From Octopus sinensis (lineage: Eukaryota), in the NCBI RefSeq assembly GCF_006345805.1, contig NC_042999.1, positions 39,928,001-39,992,000 on the forward strand: 64,000 nt of DNA, written 5' to 3'. Both the position numbers and the translations under genes were made by a program. Positions 51,283-64,000 of this stretch are shown here, one piece after another. How positions within the stretch are numbered: position 1 is the stretch's first letter; every line of letters begins with the position of its first letter. The notes below the pieces were generated by a model, which did not search any database, was not told the DNA's origin, and saw nothing but the letters and a program-made list of their open reading frames with translations.

Positions 51283-52345
51283 TTGATGGTGGTAGTAGTG
51301 GTGGTAATAGTAGTAGCTGTAGTAGGAGGAAGAGGAGGATGTCGTTGAGGGAAGTAAGAGGTGGGGATAATGATGATGATGACGATGATGATAAAAGAGA
51401 GGAGGAAGAAGCAGAAGAAAAGGGGAAGAAAAAGAAGTAGAAGAAGAAGAAGAAAAGAAGAAGAAGAAGAAGAAAAGAAGAATGAGAAGAAGAAGAAAAG
51501 AAGAAAAGAAGAATGAGAAGAAGAAGAAAAGAAGAAAAGAAGAACAAGAAGAAGAAGAAAAGGAGAAGAAGAACAAGAAGAAGGTAAAGAAGAAGAACAA
51601 GAAGAAGGTAAAGAAGAAGAAAAAGAAGGTAAAGAAGACACAAAGAAAAAACAAGAAGTAGAAGTAGTAGAAGGTGAGAAGAAGAAGAAGAGAAGAAAAA
51701 AAAGAAGAAGAAAAAAAAGAAGAAGAAAAGAAGAAGAAAAGAAGCAAAGAGAACAAGAGAAGAACAAGAAGGAACAAGAAGAAGAAGAAAAAGGAGAAGA
51801 AGAACAGAAGAAGGGTAAAAGAAGAAGAACAAGAAAAGTACAAGACCAAGAGCGTAAGTAGAAGTGTGAAGAATGAAGAAACCAAAGAAGAAGAAGAAGA
51901 GAAGAAGAATAAGAAGAAGATAAGAGGAAAAAGAAGAACAAGAAGAACAAGAAGAACAAGAGTACAAGATTATAAGAAGAAGAAGAAAAGAAGAAAAGGT
52001 AAAGAAGAATGAAAGGATAACAATACCAGAGAAGTAGAAGAAGAAGGAGTGAAGAAGAAGAAGAGAAGAGAAGAATAGAAGAAGAACAACAAAGAAAAAG
52101 AAGAGAAAATGAAGAAATTGAAGAAAGCAATTGAAAAATTGGAAAGTAGAAAGGAGAAAAAGAATAAGAAAGAAGAAGAAGGGTAGAATGGGAAGAAGAT
52201 GAAAAAGATAACAGAAGAATAAGATGAAAAGAAGAAGAATAAGAAGAAAGAAGAAGAAGAAAAGAATAAAGAAGAAGAAGAAGATGATGATGAAGAAGAA
52301 GAAGAAGAAGAAGAAGAAGAAGAAGAAGAAGAAGAAGAAGAAGAA
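51085..52345. repeat. Compound trinucleotide array (GAT)n-(TAG)n-(GAA)n with ~950-bp purine-skewed tract
   Basis: Direct reading; source of the long low-complexity ORFs 50952-52516. Confidence 0.95.
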
Positions 52346-53929
52346 ATTAACTGAAACGAATAGGAATAAAAAAACTTCAGGGAAAGAATAGGATTTGCCA
52401 TAACAGGTGTGCACTAGAACTGGAATGATTGGTCGACTTGGAACCTGAAAAGAAAAATGTTCTGTGAGCAAACGTTGATAGATTGCTCTGTTGTTGAGTC
52501 CTTTGGGGAGTGTCAAATGATTTTTGCCAAGAGTGATTCGACATAAACTCTTCCTTTTTACGATCTTTTGATACTTGACTACACAACGAAAATTATAAAA
52601 TTATTGAAAATAAAAGTTAATGAGAAAAATAATGAGCAAACATATTTCGTTATATCAATCAGTTATTTAGAGAACCAATTATGTGTCTCTTTAAATATAT
52701 TAGTATTCTCCTTTCGTTATAGATTTTTCGAAGCGATCTTTGAATAAGGTTTTCTATTATTATTCCCCTCATTATTTCCCTTCTTTAATTATCCTAAGCT
52801 AAATCCATCTTGTTTTTATTTATTTATTTACTTATTTGTTGAATTTACTATTTTTGCTTCTTATTTTCCCTATTCCTTATTTACTCTTCTCGTACTTTTC
52901 CAAACATAATTTTCTCCTCAAATATATACTGTTCAATGTTAATAAATTCTATTACTATTTTTATTCAATGACCCAATATTAGTTCCCGCTATTCTCAAAT
53001 CCGGTATATGATTTTAGAACTGATTTATACGATGCTTAATTTGAGTTATTTAGCCTTTCAGCATACAATGATCAATAGAAGACACAACCATCGTCAATAT
53101 ACATTACATGATTCAATGGCACATACACAGACACTCACAATGCATAAATACATACACAGATCATATACCACATGCACACACATTCATACACTTATATATA
53201 TAAAATATAAGTGTGTGTATGTGTGTATATGTACAGTAATGATCAAACACAGTAAACATCTTTGGTATGTTAGGCTTTATATTACGTACACGTTATTAGC
53301 AAGTGGATAGTTGTTATTACGTAATTTGAACTGGTGTTACTTTATATCATCCATTCACTTCCTCTGTAAGTGTTGGTTGGATTTATGTCACGTGATGACG
53401 ATTGATTGTGTGCATATTCAGCCCTAACACCTTCAAATTTTATAAATTGGAAATATTACACTGAAGAGAGAAGTAAGTAAAATTTATATAACTTTAATTT
53501 CGAAACGCGTATATGATTAATCCTGGTTTTTCTCTTTGCCTTCGTAAAAATGTATGTTTACCGTCATGGCGATTCTTATAGTAGCAGAAAAGGAATTTTA
53601 ACTCCTATTTCTAAATTCGGCATGTGGTGAAGCAATTAGCTAAACCCTAATTATAATTATGTGTATAATTTTACCTTTAAAGGTTATTTTAACGTACCGA
53701 TCTACTTGGTAAAAATATTAATTAATTGATTAATTAATTAATTAATTAATTAATTTGATTAATAAATGTTACCCTTCTATTATTAATATAAAATTATATA
53801 TATATAGACAGAGAGACCTTAATGGCTGAAGACAATCCACATGCTTGAATCAAGCTATATCGGTTTATACATGTAACTCCCTATAAATGTGCTGAGTGCC
53901 CTTCTTTCGTTTGTCTACTCACTCGTATG

Positions 53930-54320
<391 letters not shown>

Positions 54321-57300
54321 TAAATAGATAGACAGAGAGATAGCTAGGTAGATAGAAAGATAGACAGATATATTAATAGATACATTCTAGATTACTTGTA
54401 AACATAAAATGCACAAACATATGTTTCTAGTAATAAAATGTGACTAAATTCTGCTGGACTTATCCAACAAAATTTCCTGGCAACTCATTTGAATTGCCAA
54501 AGTTCCATCGTATTATGCTTATTTGCATCAAAAATGTCTGCACAAAACCTCACAAAGGAACGGTAAATGTCAATTCTTTTAGTATAAAATTCTTTCTTGT
54601 ATTTTTAAAACAAGTAAATATAGAAAGCATACTCCGTAAGAAGAGCGCGATTCTATTTTATTCTGTAAATGCTTTCATTGGAATATATTCAAGCATATCA
54701 CAACAGCTGGTTCATTGTTGTCTACTATTTTATACTTGGAAATTTTATCGGGAGAAGGTCATTTCCTTCTTCTTTGTCTTTCTTCCTGTTTCTATTACTG
54801 AATTTTATGTCCAATCAACTCAACTTCCGCACACGTCACACAGCTGATTCAAGTGTCTTTATAGCTATTATACGGAAGAGTTCCTAGGACTCCATATAAT
54901 ATTTCTTTTATATTTTGGAAGGTTTCTGTATATCTAGAGGATAACTGCTATTTTGATGTATCGTAGTGTTCATTTTATCCTATTTATGTGCCTAATAGCA
55001 ACAGCTGATATAGATATTGTCGAAGTAATTATAGTTTTCTCTATCCAGTTTTGTATAATCTGTTTTTGTTTACGCTATCCAGTATTACATAATATGTATA
55101 TTCGAATATCTTCATTCCGATTTTTCTTTCATATATTTTAAAACATATCTCGGTGTTCGTTTTATTCTTGGTCATTGATGATATCTGAAAGATCAGGTCA
55201 TGGATGTATGTCATTTTTATTTTGTTCCATTTGCAATTATATGTCTGTGAATGTATATGTAAATGTGTTGGTATGCATAATATTTGAAGACGCACACACA
55301 CACACACATGCACACAAACAGACACATGCATGGATGTGGTTCAACAAATGTTATATAACTGCAATTAACATTTTTAAGCATGGTGAGTAGCATCTGAGTG
55401 TTGTATATGTTTATTTTTTAATCGAATGATCATATTCATATTTTCAAATGACTTACGTGAAGATCGATTAGGACAGTGATCTTAATATACTTAGACTGAA
55501 TGTTTCTACACATTGATTACGCTGAAGTTATGTTGGCTTTTAATACAACCATTGAGCGTAGATACAGCTTACGTTTAATGGCTGTAATATGTAGACAATG
55601 AAGTCACATTTCAAACATTAAATTCTGATCGTCGCCAAACTGGTTATATCTTATGTTTTGTTTTTAATGTATGTTTAGCCTCGTTCTATCTTATATGTGT
55701 TGAACTGCTCATTAATTGTCTGTTTTGTTGGAAATTATACAAATATAATGTTATGCATATGCATATGCTTAAAAAGTGGTGACAATTTATTTTCTATATT
55801 TCTATACACAAATCTCTTTGTAGAAAATAACACATTCATCATGCAACTTTATAATAAACTGCGAAATATTCAGCTGTGCAGACGCGAATATGATATTTCT
55901 ACACAGATAATAAATATTGCTAGTATAATCCCTACGTGGAGGTTCTTACAGATCTTCGTCCAAAAATGAAGGAATGGACAGGGAAATGCAGGAATAAAGC
56001 AAAGCCTGGTCAACAAGAATTTGTTTCACAGATTAAGAGACCAAACCATATATCGCTTGACTGGGATCGTTTTCATCCTAGATTGCAAATGTGAATTATT
56101 ATTTCATAAACATTGTTTAAAATATCATAATATACATAAATTATCAAATTCATAAACATTTGCATTGGAATTCATTAACCTACAAACGAGTAACAGAAAT
56201 GCATTCTCGTCACCAAATCCAGACAATACGTACCTAATGTCCACACACACACATTCACTTACTTATCTATTGACCTTTGTTTTTTGTTCTCTTCATCCCC
56301 CAAACGAAAAGCTCTACCTTGTAACTTCTCCCATCTGTGTGCAGCCCTGTGTGGCCAATAAAGAAACATCTATTTATCTATATATCTATCTATCTATCTG
56401 TTTGTCTGTATTTGTGTGTGTCTCTTCCCCCTCTCTCTTTCTCTCTCTCTCTCTCTCTATTTATATATATATATATATAACGTTCCCTTTTATAGAAATA
56501 TTGAATACTAAATTAAATGATCACTCATTTGTTATTAGTAGAGTGCAATATTTATTGCTTTTTATGCTTTTTCTAATTTTCTACTCGCATCAAGGATTCA
56601 AGTCACTAGTCGACATCAAACTCTAGTTTAGTCTAGTTGTCTAGTATAACGTTTCCTGCATCATCCTTCCAATTTACTAATGATTACCTCCTGAGTAAGT
56701 TGGTTTCTAAATGAAAGAATTGCATCACGTAGTTATACAATTAAATCTGCAGTAACAAAGCTGAACGAAGATTGTTCAGATTTCCAGTTTTTTTATACTT
56801 AAATTAATTTTATAGTTTTTGTAAAGAAACGAACTTGGTAAATTATATCGAAAATTGTCCAGTGGTCCAATACTTCTGAAAGATTTGATTTTGTATAAAG
56901 TTGATAAATATGCGTAAATACACACAAACACACACAAATACAACTTAAGCGCGCGCACATGGAAACTAATACAGGTGTATCTTTGTGTGACGCTCTGATT
57001 GTAGGTGTACATAAGTATGTGTATGTCTATATTAAGCTACAATAACTCAGTTTCATAGACCTCAAAATGTGGTTCCTCTTATGACGGCAATGACCTGAAA
57101 TCTGAATATTCTTTCCAAATAAGTGATATATTTCCTGTAGTATTACACATAAGAATCTCAAACTATTACGTTACGTTTCTTACATTGTCAGCTCAGTTTT
57201 TTCCACAAATAGTTGCTCCTAGTTAAAAGTTTTATTTCTATCATTAATGATTTCTCCTGCATCAGATTTTATTCTGTTTTCACATTCCTTTTGCCTCTTT

Positions 57301-58870
57301 TACTTCCTGTCTCATTCATTCTTTATCCATCCAAATCCCTTGTTTTTCTACAGCTACGTTATTGTGCTCTTATGTAACCACGATTGGACAATATATAGTA
57401 GTTTAATAGAATTAGATCTCTTCAAACAATAGTCCGAATAATTCCCACCATTCTTTTTATTGCCAGTCAATTTTTTTTCTCTTTGATGCCAACGAACGTA
57501 AAAGAACCTAATAAAAAATTGCAAGACAAAAAAATCTTGAGTGTGATTTTATGATAAAGAAAAACTAACCAGTCAATACTATGGTTATCTATCAATTTCT
57601 AAGGGATAGATTTAATTCCAAACAAATTGTAATCGAATATAATATATTGTTAAAGAGACACTAATCGATCGAATTAACATCATGAAAGTACCATATATGA
57701 ATCAATTTTATAAATTCAAAAATATCTTGCTGGTAGATCAAATGAAATAACAAGATATATATAAAACAAAAAGTAATAATAAAAGGTTCCTTTAATTTAA
57801 ATACTTACATTCTGGTAAAAATACTGCAATCAGTTTAATGCAAATAAAAATGGAAATACATTCGTACAAACTGAAAATATTCCAAGTAGTGTTTCATAAA
57901 ATTCAATATCGGTTATTCAAACATTATAGACTTCATTTTTGCTATCATTCCCTGTAATACATCCATCATAAAGTGTTGCAAAAATTAATTAAAACGCCGT
58001 TTTATTATCGAATATATCTCACTTGTCTATATTTCTCATGTGTAAACACAAGATTAATATCGAGACGAAATAAAATTCATAGAATTACTCATTATACTTT
58101 TGTTTTATATTTGTATCTTTTAATTACTTTTTTTTTCTTAAATTGATGTCTTGAAACAGAAAGATATTAAATATGGCGGCTTTCATTGCATATAATAAAC
58201 ATTTATTGGTAAAATTGATGGTATTGAACTCCAATAAAATTATTTATTATTGAATAACCAGATATGAATTAAAAATAGTGATGTTGTCAAAGAAGTGTAA
58301 TGCATATTATTGAGTACAAATCGTGGTCTAATATTGCATATATCGATAAATATATACCTAATAATTTGCGCGAAAGATTTACAATATTTAAAATTAATTT
58401 ACATCACTGTTTCTCCATTCGATCTCTATTTAGATATAAATATGCAGGCTTATTTATACATTTATGTGCATATTCTGTATGTGTGTGTGTATGCATACAT
58501 TCATGCACACATACATGCATGCATGCAAACATATATACATGCATCCATATACACACGCATACATATATGCATACATACATATACGCATTCACACATACAT
58601 ACATATGTACATACATGCATATATACATGTTTACATACATACATGCATGCATACATACATACATACATACATATATGCATACATACAATGGAACTCGGTC
58701 AGAATTTCTGGAAGGAAATATACCGTTTTCTGGCAAACTGAACTGCCATGCTTATAGAATTAGGGGTATTTGGCTGAATATTCCTATACATGTGTATATT
58801 TAATTGTGTAATTCTCAAATGCATCAAATACTCTCTCTTCTACACCAACAAATCAGATGCACAATCCCTT

Positions 58871-58962
<92 letters not shown>

Positions 58963-60890
58963 CATTTATACATACATACATACGTGCACACACACGCTCA
59001 CACGCATACATACAAACACACATATATACACGAACGTCAATTCATGAGCGTATGCGTGTTTGTTCGCGTGCGTGTGGGATGCTGCACAAGATAATGTAAT
59101 TAATTAAAATTAACATATGCAGGTAGTTTTCTATATATATTATCTTTTAAAAATTGGCATTATTCCATTATATATTTCCTTGTCGCATATATATTATGGA
59201 GCAAAGGTGTACCCTCAGTAACCTACGTACATTAATATATTCTGCCTATTACATTTTCATTTGGATATTTGTAGACCCCACTTTAATTGTGAATGGGTGT
59301 TTTCCCGTCTAGATTCTGAAGTACATTACTAACACTTTGAGTCTGTAACACCGGTTTACCGGTTGATGGCTTATTTTTCTATCTACTCTATACCATGGCA
59401 TCGGAGGTAAGGGCTCAAAGAGTCAATGTCAATTTGACGCCTTACATCCAAACTTTTTATACTATATTGTGGCTTGAAAACGAATATCGGCTGTATCTGT
59501 ATATATTACTCGTTTTTCAACTTCTTTCCTCAATACGTGATATTTTAATGCATATAAAAAATACCATTATATTTATTGGTTGGATAAAACATTTTGTATG
59601 TATTTTTCGCCTTATTACTCAAGGTACACCACCATAGCTTATAGCTTATAGCTGATAATTGAGAAGGATATTCTGTTTGTGTTGCGCATAGGCAGCGTAT
59701 AACAGCAACTGTTGCTCTTTGTTATTTTATCCAGAAGATACTTTGCATACGGTTCTTGTATGGACCCTAACTTGAAAGTGATATATCATAAAATGAGAGT
59801 ATTGCATGCTAGGATCGTAGTGTGCATTATTCCCACTCTGGTGGATGTCTGTTTCATCCAGATACGTCAACATTTTTTCATTGTGGTAATTACTTTTCTT
59901 TCTTTAGTGGGGAGGAAGATGTTAATGTATTATGTAGGAATTCCCAATAATGTTTGTAGGGAAACAAATGATGATTTTTTTTAACCTTGTTTTTCCTCAA
60001 TTACTACTGAAATGCCATTCTTCTTGTGTGGATCAACCAAAATATTTGCAGAGCTATACTTTCTCCTACATATCACACTTTGTTGTTATAACACGGATCT
60101 TTCATGCTAATCATATGTATTTTCGCGAGCAGCTTTCTTCTTTAGAAGAAAATTTATTCTGCCTAGATATCCAATAGAGCTCATACTTAGGGAAAGCATT
60201 TCATTACTGGATTCCTAGTTCTTAGAATCACGTTGGTAATTTCTGGCAAATTTACCTCCCATCTTTTCTCACTGGATAAAATAATTATCAATCCAAAGCA
60301 ATGGATTGGTGCAGATATAAAACGCTGGACATTATACTTTGCGGTATGGTTCTGGCTTTTTAGTTTGACAGTCGATATTACTTCAAGGCCGATATGCCAA
60401 TACACCTAATCCTATGCTCAATATTCGTCCGGCTTTACAAGAGTATGCCAGTCTCTTAAAAGTATTAAATCTAGATGTCTGTTTTGAAAATAAATTTCTG
60501 CCTCCCACCACCATCGAGTTTGGAAGCCCTGCTTTATATCGTTATTCAATGTTGGAATAAACTCACATGCTTAAAAGACAGGGATAATACTCACGACACG
60601 ATTTCAAAATCTCATTGTTAAAAGGTCTACTGAGAACCTAGGGAAATAGGAATACTACACATCATTTTTTTCAATCTAAGGAGATATTCATATCTGACAT
60701 GTTTTCTTTTAATAGTTTTTAATACCCCGGTGTTCTATATCTTCCACATTGATTGGAGATATTATAAAGTTATATTGTTTATCGTTGCAAACCCGGTGAC
60801 AGGATTATTGTGTATATAATATTTTATGTCGATCGAGTGCCTCCAAAATACTACGTAATAACACATTACTCTCTCTTCTTCTTCTCTCTC

Positions 60891-60944
<54 letters not shown>

Positions 60945-60980
60945 TATATATATATATATTATATATATATATATACACAT

Positions 60981-61047
<67 letters not shown>

Positions 61048-61564
61048 AATTAGAGAAAAAAACCAGTATTATGTAATTCAAACAATGATAGACATAAACC
61101 AAATCATAAAAAGTATATTATAAAACATATCACTAGATCACACGAAGTACAAAAACATAAATAAATAATATATAATAAGTAAAAAGACTACGTACTTTCG
61201 TGGCTATAACCTCAATTCGAAATACAATTAAATTTAAATTTAATCGAAAAACAATTCAATTTAAACATATAGTCACTCCTCAGTTCAACAATGATAACAA
61301 TAATAGTGAAATAAGTAATCAAATCGAATTAAACAATATTTCTTAAAGAAATGAAATCATGTTTGTTCTTATAGAGGAAACTCCGTTAACAAAATTTGAA
61401 ATTTAAGAAGTAGGGCCAGGTGTCTATAATATAGTCATGAATTAAAAGTTCTAAGCTACAAAAAATAGAGTAAATATATAGACAACTGTATTTATCTGTG
61501 AATATATATTTTAGCTTTGAGAATAACATTAACAAACTATAGAATATCTATTCACTAGCTATAG

Positions 61565-61885
61565 TCTAATATTTACTTTACAACCTATTATACAAAACAA
61601 TCACACTTAATAATTTTAGATTTTAGTCCACATATAATAATTATAAAATAATAAAATTAAATAAATGTACGTATCTAAATTATAATTAACAAATCTAGCA
61701 ATTAGAAATCCATATATTTTTTCAATCAATAAACATATAAATAAATAAATTATTCAATTATTTCTTAAATAAATATTATACCTATCATTGCAAAAATATT
61801 TATGAACTAAAAAATAAAAAATTTAAAAATTCCAAAACTAAAAATGTTTTACTTATCGTTTATAAAATTATTTGCCAAAAAGTAC

Positions 61886-61956
<71 letters not shown>

Positions 61957-61960
61957 GTTG

Positions 61961-62012
<52 letters not shown>

Positions 62013-62169
62013 CATTGAGAATCCCTCTCAACACATGGCTATGATGCTCCCCCACTACTTCTGCTCGTGATCAGAGATGCACATATCGTCAGCCACTAAG
62101 GGTCATGCTCAACTTGTTATGGTCAAACAACTGACAAGCAAATCTGTGGCATTGAGCAGAATATTTGCT

Positions 62170-62227
<58 letters not shown>

Positions 62228-62397
62228 CATTAGTATTATTATTATTATTATTATTATATCATTATTATTATTATTATTATTATCATATTATTATTATCAT
62301 TATTATTATTATTATTATTATTATATTATTATTATCAGCATTATTATTATTATTATTATTATTATCATCATTATTATTATTATCATTATCATTACTA

Positions 62398-62439
<42 letters not shown>

Positions 62440-62735
62440 TATTATTATTATTATTAAATTCAATAGTACTAAATATACAAAAAACTTTACGTATATTAAA
62501 ATATTTTACAATCTAATTCACAATATAACCAAACTAATACTTTTCGATTTTAGTTCACATATAATAATTATAATATTAAGGATAATTAAATAAATGTACG
62601 TATCTAAATTATCCTTAACAAATGAAAAAATTAAAAATCCATATTTATCAATCAATAGTCATATAGATTAAATTATAATTTCTTAAATAAATTTTATACT
62701 TATGTTTCCGAAGATATATTATGAACCAAAAATTT
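61565..62735 (+). repeat. Diverged tandem duplication of an AT-rich ~250-bp unit, each copy followed by (ATT)n
   Basis: Identical 29-mer AATTAAATAAATGTACGTATCTAAATTAT at 61655-61683 and 62584-62612; colinear flanks. Confidence 0.8.
62013..62172. mobile_element. SINE-like repeat family E, truncated copy embedded in (ATT)n
   Basis: Homologous to 42015-42145; (ATT)n on both sides. Confidence 0.8.
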
Positions 62736-62751
62736 CAAAGCGAAATAATCC

Positions 62752-63146
<395 letters not shown>

Positions 63147-63184
63147 TTTATATAATCATATACCTACATATACCTACATATATA

Positions 63185-64000
63185 TAGAGAGAGAAAGGGG
63201 GGAAGTCAAAACAGACGAAGCAAATGCACAGTAGGTATAAAAGTAATGGCTTTTCACAAATAAAAACAAAGGTATATACATAAAATAAATGATTTGAGGT
63301 AGAATTTTAAAAAATATGAAAATCATTATCAAGAGTCAATATAGAATGTCATACAGGTTTCGTCATCGCTGTTCTCTGACCTTGAACCAACGCCGGTTTA
63401 CAGACGTTGTTGGGTCTAATAGTACCTGAGTGAAAAGATTGTATGCAAGAGAAGTAAGCAGTTCTGTAAGTGACGTAATTAGGTTAATATCATTAATGGA
63501 GAATGAATGGCATACGGGGTGTCTGAGGATTAGCAGGATTATTGGTCTTAGTAAGTTTAGTAGTGTCATGTTGTATTTTCATGTTAAGTTGTGATTGATA
63601 TTTATTAATGAAATTTGCCTCTTTATTTAATATTTGCTGCATTGAGGTCTTCAGGGAACTTAAATCAACACTCATCAGGAGAAATTACTCAGAAGCATTA
63701 ACAGATGAGGAGATTAAACGAGTAAAGGAATTAGACATAAAAATATTAAGGGATGTTAACCGAAATACTACACCAAATTTAAAAGTACTGCCACACGTAT
63801 CCACGCATAACCCAGGAAACAATGAAGCATGAACATCATCATCCAAAATCTACCAATTCTCACTGGAGATAAAACAATGAACGAAATTTTAGGCTTACAC
63901 AAAAATCAATAAATGCAAAATACAGCTGAAATCATTGAAAGATAATTTACCGGCGTAAGACTATATCTCTTATCAACGGAACCAAAAGTAGAAAAATACG
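63185..64000. mobile_element. Second, diverged PLE relic with internal inversion (continues past window end)
   Basis: + strand 63650-64000 ELKSTLIRRNYSEALTDEEIKRVKEL...LPHVSTHNPGNNEA aligns with ELKDTLITRNYPPSLIDKCIQRALQL...LPYISTHNPLNNEA of the first PLE; the minus strand 63185-63650 has ORF1-like and T-rich terminal sequence. Confidence 0.8.

Noticed and set aside
50952-52516. Longest ORFs in the window (242-482 aa, F/L/S- or K/E/R-rich)
   Set aside because: Entirely derived from (GAA)/(TAG)/(GAT) repeats; no domain, no splice or start context.
59700-60420. Possible decayed RTE-type APE endonuclease on the minus strand
   Set aside because: Motifs too degenerate to support by eye.

Overview
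AT-rich eukaryotic, repeat-dominated DNA with no confidently identifiable host protein-coding gene, rRNA, tRNA gene or CRISPR array. The density of (AT)n, (AAT)n and (AGAT)n microsatellites and the SINE families resemble cephalopod (Octopus-like) genomes; this assignment is from recall, not verified. Most supplied ORFs are microsatellite artefacts. The dominant feature is a young Penelope-like retroelement (PLE, Neptune-type RT plus GIY-YIG) at about 30183-36629, arranged as a hairpin: two ~2.25-kb, ~99% identical inverted arms around a 1.9-kb unique core. Each arm ends in a minimal hammerhead ribozyme fold with the compensatory U3-A8 core (UUGAAAA) next to (TA)n. An upstream ORF1 joins the RT frame at a U_UUU_UUA candidate -1 frameshift site, and both arms share one RT-disrupting deletion. 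A second diverged PLE with an internal inversion lies at 63185-64000, and a 247-bp palindrome at 49916-50162 carries decayed versions of the same hammerhead core. The rest is mariner/Tc1, Sola, RTE, CR1/L2-like, R4/Dong and Helitron-like relics, five SINE families (nested, dimeric, inverted), and a 47-bp-stem hairpin at 44466-44566. All alignments and folds were done by eye.
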